From an uncultured Armatimonadia bacterium (GTDB lineage Bacteria > Armatimonadota > Zipacnadia > CAVVLO01), in the NCBI GenBank assembly GCA_963749155.1, contig CAVVLO010000001.1:608001-672000 (forward strand): a stretch of 64,000 nucleotides of DNA, read 5' to 3'. The translations under genes were made by a program, and so were the position numbers. The notes beneath the pieces are model-generated. The model had not been told where the DNA came from, did not search any database, and saw only the letters and a list, made by a program, of their open reading frames with translations. This document shows, in pieces, positions 9,657 to 19,168 of the stretch (position 1 is its first letter; each line of letters begins with the position of its first letter).

Positions 9657-10145
9657 GTGCGCCGTATGTCGGTAAAGAATGTAGTCGTTGATCCAAACTC
9701 GCAACAGCCAGTTGTGTTGCTGGCGGATGAGCTAGGCAGGTATATGTTGCCTATAGTCGTCGGCGGCGCGGAGGCAATGGCTATCTCAATGCAACTGGAG
9801 GGGACATCTTATCCTCGTCCCCTCACCCACGACCTTATGAAGACGCTGCTCGAAGCCTCTCTTACCGCCGTAGAACAGGTCGTGGTCTGTGATCTGCAGG
9901 ATTCAGTCTTCTATGCCAGAGTCTATCTCGCCACCAAAGAAGGCCAGGTAGCAGTCGATGCGCGCCCAAGTGATGCAATTGCTTTGGCGCTGCGCATACC
10001 TTGTCCCATCCTCTGCGAAGACCAGGTGCTGGAAGCCGCCGGAATTGACCTGACCGAGCTTCAGGACGTACTTGATGAGGAAGGCGAACTGGACGACAGG
10101 TTCAAACAGATAATGGATTCACTTGAACTACCCCCACCCGAGTAG
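9657..10145 (+). CDS. Bifunctional nuclease family protein (DUF151)
   Basis: LPIVVGGAEA, RPLTHDL and VDARPSDAIALALR motifs. Confidence 0.92.
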   Translation: MRRMSVKNVVVDPNSQQPVVLLADELGRYMLPIVVGGAEAMAISMQLEGTSYPRPLTHDLMKTLLEASLTAVEQVVVCDLQDSVFYARVYLATKEGQVAVDARPSDAIALALRIPCPILCEDQVLEAAGIDLTELQDVLDEEGELDDRFKQIMDSLELPPPE

Positions 10146-10170
10146 CTGCGCCCTACACTGACTCAAGGAC

Positions 10171-11148
10171 GTGAAGCTGATGGTCGAGAGCAAAGAAGAA
10201 CTTGTTCGCCAGACCCACCAGGCGGTCGCCGAGGTAGAAAAAGTAATAGTAGGCAAGCAGAGGCTTGTCCAGTTGGTGTTCTGCTGCCTGCTGGCTGATG
10301 GGCACGCTCTGCTGGACGATGTGCCGGGCGTTGGCAAGACGATGCTGGCGCGCGCGATTGCTGGTTCTCTGGGCTGCAAATTTACGCGGGTGCAGGCTAC
10401 GCCTGACCTGCTGCCCTCGGATGTCACAGGGTCATCTATCTTCAACCAGCTAACTCAGGAGTTCGAGTTCAAGCCTGGACCGGTCTTCACGAATATTCTG
10501 CTTGTAGACGAGATAAACCGCGCCACACCGAAGACTCAGTCGTCGTTACTCGAGTGTATGGGTGAAGGCCAGGTCTCGGCTGACAAGATAACTTACGAAC
10601 TGCCCAAGCCGTTTTTTGTCATCGCGACGGACAATCCAATAGAGCATCATGGGGTCTTCCCCCTGCCGGTTGCCCAACTCGACAGATTCACGATGAAGCT
10701 GTCCTTGGGCTATCCAGGGCGTAAAGATGAAGTCAAGATGCTGACCAGTCAGCGGCTGGAGCATCCCATTAGTCAGGTAGAGGCCAGGCTGGACTCGGAT
10801 CGAGTGATAGAACTGCAGCGGCATGTGCGCGAGGTGTTCGTTGATCCGACCCTCGATGCTTATGTGGTTAGCCTGACGGGCGCGACCCGCTCTGACAGCA
10901 GGCTGACAATAGGCGCAAGCCCGCGCGGATCCATCTCGCTGATACGCACCTCTCAGGCTTTGGCGCTGCTTACCGGGCGCGATTATGTCCTGCCAGAGGA
11001 TATCAAAGCAGTGGCGCCCTATGTGCTGGTACACCGGCTGGTGGCTTCGCCTGAAGCCAGAGCCAGACAAATGACCGAGGCGGACATCATCACGAGCTTG
11101 CTCACTGAGGTGCCTGCTCCACCGGTCCAGCGCGTGATGCCTGCTTGA
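10171..11148 (+). CDS. MoxR family AAA+ ATPase
   Basis: DVPGVGKT, QATPDLLPSDVTG, DEINRATPKTQSSLLE, LDRF and GASPRG motifs. Confidence 0.95.
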   Translation: MKLMVESKEELVRQTHQAVAEVEKVIVGKQRLVQLVFCCLLADGHALLDDVPGVGKTMLARAIAGSLGCKFTRVQATPDLLPSDVTGSSIFNQLTQEFEFKPGPVFTNILLVDEINRATPKTQSSLLECMGEGQVSADKITYELPKPFFVIATDNPIEHHGVFPLPVAQLDRFTMKLSLGYPGRKDEVKMLTSQRLEHPISQVEARLDSDRVIELQRHVREVFVDPTLDAYVVSLTGATRSDSRLTIGASPRGSISLIRTSQALALLTGRDYVLPEDIKAVAPYVLVHRLVASPEARARQMTEADIITSLLTEVPAPPVQRVMPA

Positions 11149-12416
11149 GCATAAAGCGCATAACGTTGCTCGTTTTCATAATCTGCCTCATAAGTGTGAG
11201 CTTCATAATCAAGCTCCCGCAGATATTTTTCGTCGCCGCGGTCTTTATGGGCCTGTTTCTGTCGAGCTGGCTCTGGGCCAGATTCTCGACCTTAGGCCTT
11301 GTAGGTACGCGCGGGGGCGGGGCGGTAGTGAAGGAAGACGAGTCCTTGCGCTTATGGGCAAAGCTGGAGAATCGCTCTCGCCTGCCCAAGGCAGCCCTTG
11401 AGGTGCTGGATGTCCTGCCTCGTTGGCTGGTGCGACCAGGCTTGCCTGAAGAGGCTGCTCCCCTGGATGAGTTTGGTGGGGTACCGGTGGCCTATGTGCC
11501 TTTCCTGATGCCAGGCCGAGATATCCAGGTCGGTTATGAGGTGCTGGCGCTGAAGCGAGGCAACTACACGCTCGGGCCGCTCTCTCTGCGAGGCACCGAC
11601 CCAGTTGGGCTGTTCGAACGCATCGTGCAGTCTAACCGGTTTGTCGAGGTAACTGTGTTGCCCGCACTTTTCGAATCACCTGCCATCCAGTTCGGCGCTG
11701 GGCCAATGGCAGCAACGCGCACCAGTTATGCTCCGGCGCTCTCCAATGACAGTTCTGAAGTCTACGGAGTACGCCAGTACAGCCCAGGCGACAGCCTAAG
11801 GTTCGTCCACTGGCGGGCGACGGCACGGACTGGCAAAATGTCTGTACTGCAGTTTGAAAGGCCTGTCAGTGACGATCTGGCGCTGGTTTTTGACCTTGGC
11901 GCCGGGCGTGATTATGGTGAGGGGCGGGAATCCAGCCTGGAATACGCTATCAAGATTGGCGGCTCTATCGCCAAGAAAGCCCTCGAGACAGGCGCCATCG
12001 TCCAGCTTGCGGTGCTGAAGGACGATCAGCCTACGGTATTGACTTTCAAAGGCGCCCAGGCGGGTTTCGACCTGATGAAGGCGCTTTCCGGGCTGGAAAG
12101 TAATTCGACGATGCCCTTCCAGCATTTCTGCCAGGGCCTGCTGGGGCAACTGGAGAGTGGAATTGGGGTGCTGCTCTTTACTGTCGAACAGGCGGCTGAC
12201 ACCCTGGGCGCGGCCAGAGCCCTTTCGGGAGCAAGTCACTCTCTGATTACGTTTGTTATGAGGAGAGACAGCTTTACCGGGCGTCGTACCGTGAGCGAGC
12301 AAGCGGCTTATGAGCAACTGGAGGCCTCCATGCGCCAGTATTCAGAAGCTACGATTGAGGTTTCTCAGGGGGACAACTTGCGCGAGGTGGTGAACCAGCT
12401 TGGCAGCCTGGGCTGA
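11145..12416 (+). CDS. DUF58 domain membrane-anchored protein
   Basis: N-terminal TMs, RGNYTLGP, DPVGLF and VRQYSPGDSLRFVHWRATARTG. Follows MoxR. Confidence 0.92.
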   Translation: MSIKRITLLVFIICLISVSFIIKLPQIFFVAAVFMGLFLSSWLWARFSTLGLVGTRGGGAVVKEDESLRLWAKLENRSRLPKAALEVLDVLPRWLVRPGLPEEAAPLDEFGGVPVAYVPFLMPGRDIQVGYEVLALKRGNYTLGPLSLRGTDPVGLFERIVQSNRFVEVTVLPALFESPAIQFGAGPMAATRTSYAPALSNDSSEVYGVRQYSPGDSLRFVHWRATARTGKMSVLQFERPVSDDLALVFDLGAGRDYGEGRESSLEYAIKIGGSIAKKALETGAIVQLAVLKDDQPTVLTFKGAQAGFDLMKALSGLESNSTMPFQHFCQGLLGQLESGIGVLLFTVEQAADTLGAARALSGASHSLITFVMRRDSFTGRRTVSEQAAYEQLEASMRQYSEATIEVSQGDNLREVVNQLGSLG

Positions 12417-14547
12417 CAACCCGACCAGGCCAGTGGCGGATCCGGCCCTTTGGAATGTAAGGGCCATACTCTATATTGCCGGATTTTTCTGCTGTGTAAT
12501 GGTAGCTTTGGCGACCGCAACGGCGGCTGGCACTGCAAGTTTTGGCCTGTTTACTATCGCCCTGTTCGGGCTTGCCTTCTCACTTAGCTATCGACTGAGA
12601 CTCAGAGGCGTGACAATGGAAAAAGCCGCCTCTGCGTCCCTGATTATCGCGCCTCTTGCGATAGCCATACTGGCGGTCGGTTTCCAGCAAGCCTGGCCCT
12701 TGTTGCTGCCCCCCCAAACTCCAGGACCTGACGCAATTCTGATGCTCTTTATGATGTGGGGGATGCTCATCTATTGTTGTTTCCTTGTCACCGACGCGAT
12801 GGTGCTCTTCGTGCTGGTGCCGGGGCTTGCAGTGCTTGGTCTCTCCGCCACCATAGATATCAATACGCCGGTCTTCGTGTATTTTATGGGCTTCCTTTTC
12901 TCGGGCATCTTCCTGATGTTCTGGGAGAACGCCCTGCATGGGATAACCGTGCTAGTGCGCTCTTCGAAGCAAGGCGAGGCGCGCAAGCGCGCGGTCAACA
13001 CTTTGCTGCTCATCTCGCTTGCGAGTTTTGCCATCACCCTGGCGCTAGCCTTCCCCATAATGCTGCTGCTGCAGGCAATGCTGCCGCGAGTAAATCTGCT
13101 GAGCCTGGCCCAGCAGAACGCGCCAGGTTTCTACAACTTCAGTTCAAGCTTCGCGGGATTCTACGATAATGCCTGGGTAGGCACTGGTCCTGTAGGCCAA
13201 AGTGACACCCCCGTGATGAAGGTCCGGTGTGATGAGCCACTGCTTTGGCGAGGGAAAATCTACAACGAATTTACTGGTCAGATGTGGCGAGTCCATCGCG
13301 ATTTCTTTTTAAGAACCGCCATCTATAACAAGGAGATGACCTCCCTGACCAGCGAGGAGCTTGGGATTGTCGCTCCTGCGAAGGCCACCAGACACACCCA
13401 GTGGATAGAGCCACAAATCCAGCTCCCCTCGCTGTTATTTGCGGCCAACAGGCCAGTTGAAGCGGGCTTCCATTCCAGGCGATATGACAAGCTGTCTGTG
13501 CGCATCTCGATGGAAGGAATGGTACAACTGGTGTTTATGCCCCCTGTGGGCAATGCCTTTGAGGTGATCTCCGCGGTGCCAGACGAGGAGGCCGCCAAGC
13601 CTTACAAAGGCATCAAGGCAAGTGATGGCTATGAACGTATGTGGCTGCAACTACCTCCCTCCTCCCAGGTTTTGAAGCCGCTCGCCCAGCAGGTGGCTGC
13701 GGGCGGTAAAACGCGCTATGAGAAAATCAAATTGCTGCAGGAATACCTGGAGAAAAACTTCCTTTACAACTTGCGCGCCAGGGCAACTCCTTATGGGCAG
13801 GATGCAGCGGTTTTCTTCCTCACGGATTCGAAACAAGGGGTCTGCGATGCGTTTGCCACTTCGCTAGTGGTACTGGCGCGCAATCTGGAGATACCAGCGC
13901 GCTTCGTGACAGGTTTTGCCACGGGAGATGCCCAGGAGGATGGCACTTTCCTGGTGCGCGAGAAGCACGCGCATGCCTGGGCTGAGGTCCATTTCCCGGG
14001 AGTTGGCTGGGTCACTTTTGACCCCTCGGCTTTGGAAGAGGTCGATAATCCACTCCCCTTTGCCTCACTGGAAGAATTGATGACCAAACTGCGTAAAATC
14101 GGAGTTTTGGTACGCCAGAATCTGATCTTCCTGTCACTTTGCGTGGTAGGGTTATTCCTTATATATTCCACCCTCTTGCATGCGATGGGAGATAAAGGAC
14201 AGGCCAATGGCCCCGAGATGCGCGAACTTGCTACCAGACCTGAGAAGCAGGTCATAAACAGCTACAGTCGAGCGCTGGGCCAATTGCGCGAGTTGGGCCT
14301 GCAAAGGCAGGCAAGCGAGGGGGCACAGGAATTCGCCAGCAGGGCCGCAATGCGCCTTAGATACCTGCCAGGCGATCTGCTGGACCCGTTCGAGCAGCTA
14401 ACCAGGCTTTACAACCAGGCCAGATTCGGGCCACACACAGTGGGGGAGGCGGAGGTGGAGAGTGCTGCCCAACTGGCCGCGCGCCTTATGAAAGGAGTGC
14501 CGGCAGATGAGCGCAAAATCTCCAAACGACCGCCCAGACCAAGCTAG
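12400..14547 (+). CDS. Membrane transglutaminase-like protein (TgpA type, DUF3488/DUF4129)
   Basis: Multiple TMs. Intact Cys-His-Asp triad (GVCDAFA, HAHAWAEV, FDPS). C-terminal LYNQARFG. Confidence 0.9.
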   Translation: MAAWADNPTRPVADPALWNVRAILYIAGFFCCVMVALATATAAGTASFGLFTIALFGLAFSLSYRLRLRGVTMEKAASASLIIAPLAIAILAVGFQQAWPLLLPPQTPGPDAILMLFMMWGMLIYCCFLVTDAMVLFVLVPGLAVLGLSATIDINTPVFVYFMGFLFSGIFLMFWENALHGITVLVRSSKQGEARKRAVNTLLLISLASFAITLALAFPIMLLLQAMLPRVNLLSLAQQNAPGFYNFSSSFAGFYDNAWVGTGPVGQSDTPVMKVRCDEPLLWRGKIYNEFTGQMWRVHRDFFLRTAIYNKEMTSLTSEELGIVAPAKATRHTQWIEPQIQLPSLLFAANRPVEAGFHSRRYDKLSVRISMEGMVQLVFMPPVGNAFEVISAVPDEEAAKPYKGIKASDGYERMWLQLPPSSQVLKPLAQQVAAGGKTRYEKIKLLQEYLEKNFLYNLRARATPYGQDAAVFFLTDSKQGVCDAFATSLVVLARNLEIPARFVTGFATGDAQEDGTFLVREKHAHAWAEVHFPGVGWVTFDPSALEEVDNPLPFASLEELMTKLRKIGVLVRQNLIFLSLCVVGLFLIYSTLLHAMGDKGQANGPEMRELATRPEKQVINSYSRALGQLRELGLQRQASEGAQEFASRAAMRLRYLPGDLLDPFEQLTRLYNQARFGPHTVGEAEVESAAQLAARLMKGVPADERKISKRPPRPS

Positions 14548-15883
14548 CCCGAGAGCCGGTTTCGGCCAGGTTGATATCTCGCCGCCCCTTGGTATCGAGT
14601 TGGCGGGGTATTTCGAGCCTCGCTATGCCGAAGCAATCCACGATCCCCTGGAAGCAACTTGCCTGCTGCTTGAAGCAGGTGATGGCTCGCGGCTGGCCTT
14701 GGTCTCACTTGACCTCATAGCGCTAACTCCCGCTGATGCTCTGGCTTGTCGCCAGGCGCTGGCCGAGGCTACCAAGACCCCTGTGGAGAGCTGTCTGGTG
14801 CATTGCACCCACACCCATCTTGGGCCTTCGACCATCCAGGTCTTTGGCGGGGGGAGTGAGGCCGCCTATGTGAGCGGCCTGCCAGCAGCGGTCGCTAAAG
14901 CAGGACTCGAAGCTGTGGCCACTTTGCGCCCAGTCGAGTTGAAAGTCGGCAGACGCGCGGCGCCAGGACTGGCTTTCAACCGCAGGCACTGGGTGGAAGC
15001 AGGCCATGTCGAGATGAACTGGGGGGGCCGGCTGCCCGATATGACTGGCCCGGCAGGCCCTGAAGACGACGAACTGCTTGCTCTTTTCTGCCTGGAGGAG
15101 GGCAAACCGGCTTTCGCTTTGCTCAACTTTTCCTGTCATGAGGACTCGATCGGGGGCAGTAAGGTCTCTGCGGGTTGGCCAGGTTTCGCCAGACGCTATT
15201 TCGAAGAGCTATATCCAGGCTCTAGAGCGCTGACTCTGGTAGGTTTCTGCGGCGATATCAATCATCTCGACCTGGCGCTGCCCGCTACTTCACCCCTGAG
15301 GACTGGTTTCCACATCGCCAGGACGATTGGCCAGGGACTGGCAAGCACCGCCTCACTAGCCCTGCGCACCGCGGTTGATGTGGACCTCCCAAGCCTGGCC
15401 GGGCTGGCTGAGCCGGTTAGCTGCCAGGTGCGGAAACCCGAGGCTGAGAAGCTGGCCAGGGCCCGGAAGTTGCTTTGCCGAGAAGGCTCTCCAGACCTGG
15501 ATCCAGCTAAGGTTGAAGCCGCCAAGCGTGAAAACAACTGGGAAACTACCTTCCTCATCGAAGCCCTCCATCTGGCCGAATATCCGGATGCGGTCGACGT
15601 GCCATTAGGGGTGGCAGGAGGAGGCGCGCTCGGTTTCGCGGGTTTCGGAGGCGAGACCTTTGTAGAGTTCCAGCTTGCGCTCAAGCGCCACTCGCCCTAT
15701 GCCCATACGTTTTGTGTCAATCTGGCTAACGGCTGGGAGGGCTATATCCCAACGCGCCACGCTTTCGCCGAGGGAGGCTACGAGGTGCAACTGGCTCGCA
15801 GCAGCAAACTGGCGCCCGAGGCCGGCGATCTGCTATTGGATGCAGCGCTTTTGCGACTCTTCGCACTGAAGGGGAGACAGTAA
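14507..15883 (+). CDS. Neutral/alkaline ceramidase-like amidohydrolase
   Basis: DISPPLG..LAGY, IHDPL, CTHTHLGP, FNRR, NFSCH, GDIN, LANGWEGYIPT and GGYE motifs. Confidence 0.8.
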   Translation: MSAKSPNDRPDQASPRAGFGQVDISPPLGIELAGYFEPRYAEAIHDPLEATCLLLEAGDGSRLALVSLDLIALTPADALACRQALAEATKTPVESCLVHCTHTHLGPSTIQVFGGGSEAAYVSGLPAAVAKAGLEAVATLRPVELKVGRRAAPGLAFNRRHWVEAGHVEMNWGGRLPDMTGPAGPEDDELLALFCLEEGKPAFALLNFSCHEDSIGGSKVSAGWPGFARRYFEELYPGSRALTLVGFCGDINHLDLALPATSPLRTGFHIARTIGQGLASTASLALRTAVDVDLPSLAGLAEPVSCQVRKPEAEKLARARKLLCREGSPDLDPAKVEAAKRENNWETTFLIEALHLAEYPDAVDVPLGVAGGGALGFAGFGGETFVEFQLALKRHSPYAHTFCVNLANGWEGYIPTRHAFAEGGYEVQLARSSKLAPEAGDLLLDAALLRLFALKGRQ

Positions 15884-16194
15884 TGGCTCTGATGGATATC
15901 TCGGTGGTGCCAGTAGGCACAGGCTCTACCAGTGTGTCAGCCTATGTGGCTGAGGCGCAACGTGTGCTGGCTGCCTCTGGCCTGGAATACCAGCTTACGC
16001 CGATGGCAACTGTGGTCGAAGGTCCGCTGCCCGAGCTGCTTGCGCTGGTCGCAAAACTACACGAGGCGATGGCGGCCGCCGGGGTAGACCGACTGGTGAC
16101 TACTATCCGCCTCGATGACCGCAGAGACAAGCCTGGCACGATGAGGGGCAAACTGGACTCTGTAAAAGCCCATCTACAGAAGGAGCACCAATGA
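15883..16194 (+). CDS. MTH1187/YkoF-like thiamine-binding protein
   Basis: ISVVPVGTGSTSVSAYVA, LTPMATVVEG and IRLDDRRDK motifs. Confidence 0.92.
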   Translation: MALMDISVVPVGTGSTSVSAYVAEAQRVLAASGLEYQLTPMATVVEGPLPELLALVAKLHEAMAAAGVDRLVTTIRLDDRRDKPGTMRGKLDSVKAHLQKEHQ

Positions 16195-16337
16195 ATCGCC
16201 CCCTAAGAAGGCTATTGCTTGCCGCTCTTGCCCTCGTCGGCGGGGCAGGGATTGTCCTGGGACTGCTCAACGACCATTGGGGGCAGACAGTTAGCAATGC
16301 CACGATGATCTGTCTTTCCTGCATAGGGATCCAGTGA
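16191..16337 (+). CDS. 48-aa membrane microprotein with C-terminal CxxC (CD1871A-like), missed by the ORF track
   Basis: MNRPLRRLLLAALALVGGAGIVLGLLNDHWGQTVSNATMICLSCIGIQ*. ATGA overlap with the upstream gene, SD AAGGAG, and position directly before a 4Fe-4S membrane protein. Confidence 0.85.
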   Translation: MNRPLRRLLLAALALVGGAGIVLGLLNDHWGQTVSNATMICLSCIGIQ

Positions 16338-16347
16338 GGAGGCGTCT

Positions 16348-17127
16348 GTGAAGCTCAAGCGACTCTGGATCCAGATCGGAAGCGCTATCGTCCTCAATAG
16401 TTATTTCCTGGCTCCCTGGCTCAAGGGCTTCCCCTGTCCGGCGCTTAATTGTTATGCCTGTCCGCTTGCCATCACAGCTTGCCCAATCGGAAGCCTGCAA
16501 TTTTTTTGGGGCCAGTTACACATCATCCCCTTTTACGTTTTGGGGGTCACGATTCTGGCCGCGCTGGCTTTGGGTAGAGGCTGGTGTGGTTGGGTTTGTC
16601 CCTTTGGCCTGGTGCAGGATTTACTCGCGCGCATCCGGGGAAACCGCATCATACGGCATATCCCTGCCTGGGCTGGGGCTATCAAGTATGTGATGCTCTT
16701 CGGAGTCGCAGGCTTTGGCGCCTGGTATTTGGGTGAGCCAGTCTTCTGCAAGCTCTGTCCAGCGGGAAGCCTCGAGGCAGGAATACCACAGGTATTGCTG
16801 GATGAACGGCTGCAACAACAGATTGGGCCTTTCTACTTCGCAAAGTTAGGATTATTGGCAGTAGTGCTGCTTGCGTCGGTCTATGTTTCAAGGTTCTTCT
16901 GCCAGGTAATTTGCCCGCTTGGGGCGCTATTTTCGCTCTTCAACAAGCTGGCGCTCTTCCAGATAAAGCTGGACGACAGCGCCTGCAAGAGCTGTGGTGT
17001 CTGTGCGAAACGCTTCTGTCCTGTAGGCCTGAAAGCCGAGACAGAAGCCAATAACACCGCCTGCATCAAATGTGGAGAATGCCAAAAATGTCCCACCGAA
17101 GCGGTTACAACTGGCATCGATTTCTAG
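16348..17127 (+). CDS. Membrane 4Fe-4S binding protein (Fer4_5 polyferredoxin)
   Basis: CPALNCYACP, GRGWCGWVCPFG, FCKLCPAG, FCQVICPLGA, CKSCGVC...CP and CIKCGEC..CP motifs. Confidence 0.92.
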   Translation: MKLKRLWIQIGSAIVLNSYFLAPWLKGFPCPALNCYACPLAITACPIGSLQFFWGQLHIIPFYVLGVTILAALALGRGWCGWVCPFGLVQDLLARIRGNRIIRHIPAWAGAIKYVMLFGVAGFGAWYLGEPVFCKLCPAGSLEAGIPQVLLDERLQQQIGPFYFAKLGLLAVVLLASVYVSRFFCQVICPLGALFSLFNKLALFQIKLDDSACKSCGVCAKRFCPVGLKAETEANNTACIKCGECQKCPTEAVTTGIDF

Positions 17128-17131
17128 AGGC

Positions 17132-17147
17132 AGGGAAGCGCTTTCCT
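17132..17147. promoter_or_regulatory. LacI-family operator-like palindrome
   Basis: AGGGAAGCGCTTTCCT is a near-perfect palindrome with a central AGCGCT, upstream of a sugar isomerase gene. Confidence 0.4.
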
Positions 17148-17198
17148 AGCTCGAACAACCAGTATGTCCGAGAAAATTGGTAAAGTGAGGGAACCCAG

Positions 17199-18035
17199 AT
17201 GATCCTTATGCACGCCTACACTTATCGCGCCTACGATTTTGAGCGCGCGGTGCGCAAGTCCGTCGAGTTCGGCTATGACGGAGTCGAGTTGGTCGGCTCC
17301 CACTACCGGATAGACCATCTCAAAGAAGACGTCGCCTCGATGGACGAGATCCTGAATCGTCATGGTCAGCGGGCGCATGTCGCCACTTTTGGCGCCAATA
17401 TGCTCGTGAAAGATGCCGAGCAGCGCAAGGCCAACCTGGTGCTCTGGGAGAACGCCATTAAGGCCTTCTCGGCCATTGGGGTCGGTCAACTCAACGGCGG
17501 CGTCGGCCAGCTCTACAACGAAGACCCCACCAAAAGTGGCTCTGCGATGGCCACGGAGGAGGATTACGCCCTGGCTGTCGAGGGACTCAATCACCTCGTC
17601 CCGATGCTGCGCGACTATGGGATGACGATGTCGCTGGAAATCCATATGCACACCATCCACGACTGTGCTGTGGCGACGAAGAAGCTGCTGGATATGGTAG
17701 GCGCAATTGACACCATCTACGCCTGCCCTGATCCAGGTAATATGTATTCAACGCCGCACGCCGAACCTGCCCATGAGGCCGTCGCTATGCTCGAGGGGTA
17801 TATCGGCTATTTCCACGCCAAGAACTGCATCAAGATCGGCCCCCATTACGATTATTCGACGACACTGGCCGATGGGAACGTGGACTGGTTCAAAGTGATG
17901 AGCGCACTCAAAGCAACGGGCTTCAAGGGCGCTATCTGCGAGGAGTACTGCGGCGCTGGCGACCCGAGTATCGCCGCGCAGTCGGATATCCGCTATCTGA
18001 AGAGCCTGCTGGACGAGTTGGAGTACGACCTCTAG
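17199..18035 (+). CDS. Sugar phosphate isomerase/epimerase (AP endonuclease 2 / xylose isomerase-like TIM barrel)
   Basis: GYDGVEL, metal ligands LEIH, DPGN, FHAKN and CEEY, and a G.VDW motif. Confidence 0.88.
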   Translation: MILMHAYTYRAYDFERAVRKSVEFGYDGVELVGSHYRIDHLKEDVASMDEILNRHGQRAHVATFGANMLVKDAEQRKANLVLWENAIKAFSAIGVGQLNGGVGQLYNEDPTKSGSAMATEEDYALAVEGLNHLVPMLRDYGMTMSLEIHMHTIHDCAVATKKLLDMVGAIDTIYACPDPGNMYSTPHAEPAHEAVAMLEGYIGYFHAKNCIKIGPHYDYSTTLADGNVDWFKVMSALKATGFKGAICEEYCGAGDPSIAAQSDIRYLKSLLDELEYDL

Positions 18036-18169
18036 TGCAGTGCAGGCGCTGCAAGACTGCGATGAAGGAAGATACTCGCAGTCATCACAAGAAGCGCAAA
18101 TGGATTTGCCCAAAATGCGGGGCGGTCCGTATGCAGGTAAATCTGAAGCGACCAAGGGGAGGGGCCTGA
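18035..18169 (+). CDS. 44-aa basic zinc-ribbon microprotein (CxxC...CPxCG), missed by the ORF track
   Basis: The GTG start overlaps the upstream TAG. Translation: MQCRRCKTAMKEDTRSHHKKRKWICPKCGAVRMQVNLKRPRGGA*. GGAG about 11 nt upstream. Confidence 0.7.
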   Translation: MQCRRCKTAMKEDTRSHHKKRKWICPKCGAVRMQVNLKRPRGGA

Positions 18170-18190
18170 GGGCCTCTCCCTTCGCTTCAG
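18143..18190 (+). terminator. Long GC-rich stem-loop (terminator or processing hairpin, no clear U tract)
   Basis: CTGAAGCG...CGCTTCAG outer arms enclosing GGGAGGGGCC-TGAG-GGCCTCTCCC. Confidence 0.5.
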
Positions 18191-18249
18191 GGGTAGCGCA
18201 GGCGCCTCCTTCCTGCTAAGCTGAACGCTTTATAGATAAGGGGCGCGGT

Positions 18250-19168
18250 ATGGGCGACACACTGCTTGGGCTAATCTACGTCATCGCATCAACCATATTC
18301 TTCGGGATGTACGTCACGCCGCGCAAGCACTCGCAGCTTGCCAACGCGCCATATTTTTTCGGGATGGGCCTTGGGCTGCTGGTATGCACGGTCGGCAGTG
18401 CCATCGCAGCAGGCCAGTTCGGCCCCGAGACGCTGAAATACTGGCATCTGGGCCTTATCGGGGGGAGCCTCTGGACAATCGGCACAGGCTGTATGATTGC
18501 CGCAGTGCCCCTGATTGGTGTTTCTCGTGCCATCCCTGTCAAAAATACTACAGGCGTTTTAGGGGTATTCATCGGTGTCCTGATGTTTGGAGAGTTGCTC
18601 GGACATGGCCCCTTGCCGCCACTGCTGGCCCTGGCAGGATCTATCCTGATAGTCGTTTCGCCGCTCTTCTTCGCGCGCACAATGAAGACCGACGAGCAAG
18701 TAAAGCCTGAAAACATTCGCCCGGGAATCCTCTATGCAATCGGCGCTTGCCTGGCTTATGCCGTCTACAGCATCGCCATCAAGCAGGCAGATGCCTCGGG
18801 TTGCCCGCCAATAGGCTATGTTGGCCTGGTCGGCGCTGGCGCCTTCGTTACCATCGTGGCCTGGTCAATCTGGATGCGAGGCAGTGCCGGTATGGGTAGG
18901 GGCTTCGCTGAAGGAGAAGTGGCTTGGCATACTTGGCGGCATGATCTGGGCGGGAGCGACTTTCTTTCTGTTCCTGGCGGTCTCGAAGCTTGGACTGGCT
19001 ATCTCGTGGTCTTTCATCCAGGCCAATAGCCTTGCCGCTGTAGGCTACAGCGTGTTCGCGCTCAGCGAAATCAAGCTGCGCCATCACCTGTCCGACGTGA
19101 TTCTGGGAGCAGGCACCGTGCTGCTTGGCGTGGTGCTGCTTGGGCTGGCCAGAGTGCTCGGAGGCTAA
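18250..19168 (+). CDS. GRP/GlcU-like DMT-superfamily sugar transporter (+1 frame break near 18880)
   Basis: About 10 TMs, with GG.LW.IG and IGVSRAIP motifs. The second repeat (GILGGMIWAG, LGLAISWS) continues in ORF 18818..19168. Confidence 0.75.

Noticed and set aside
9640..9665. Additional +1 break at the DUF151 start (AGGAG..ATGGGCCGTG)
   Set aside because: Plausible, but the in-frame GTG 9657 already gives a complete protein, so it was not counted.
10171..14547. MoxR-DUF58-transglutaminase as a novel system
   Set aside because: It is a widespread, already described gene triad with canonical motifs.
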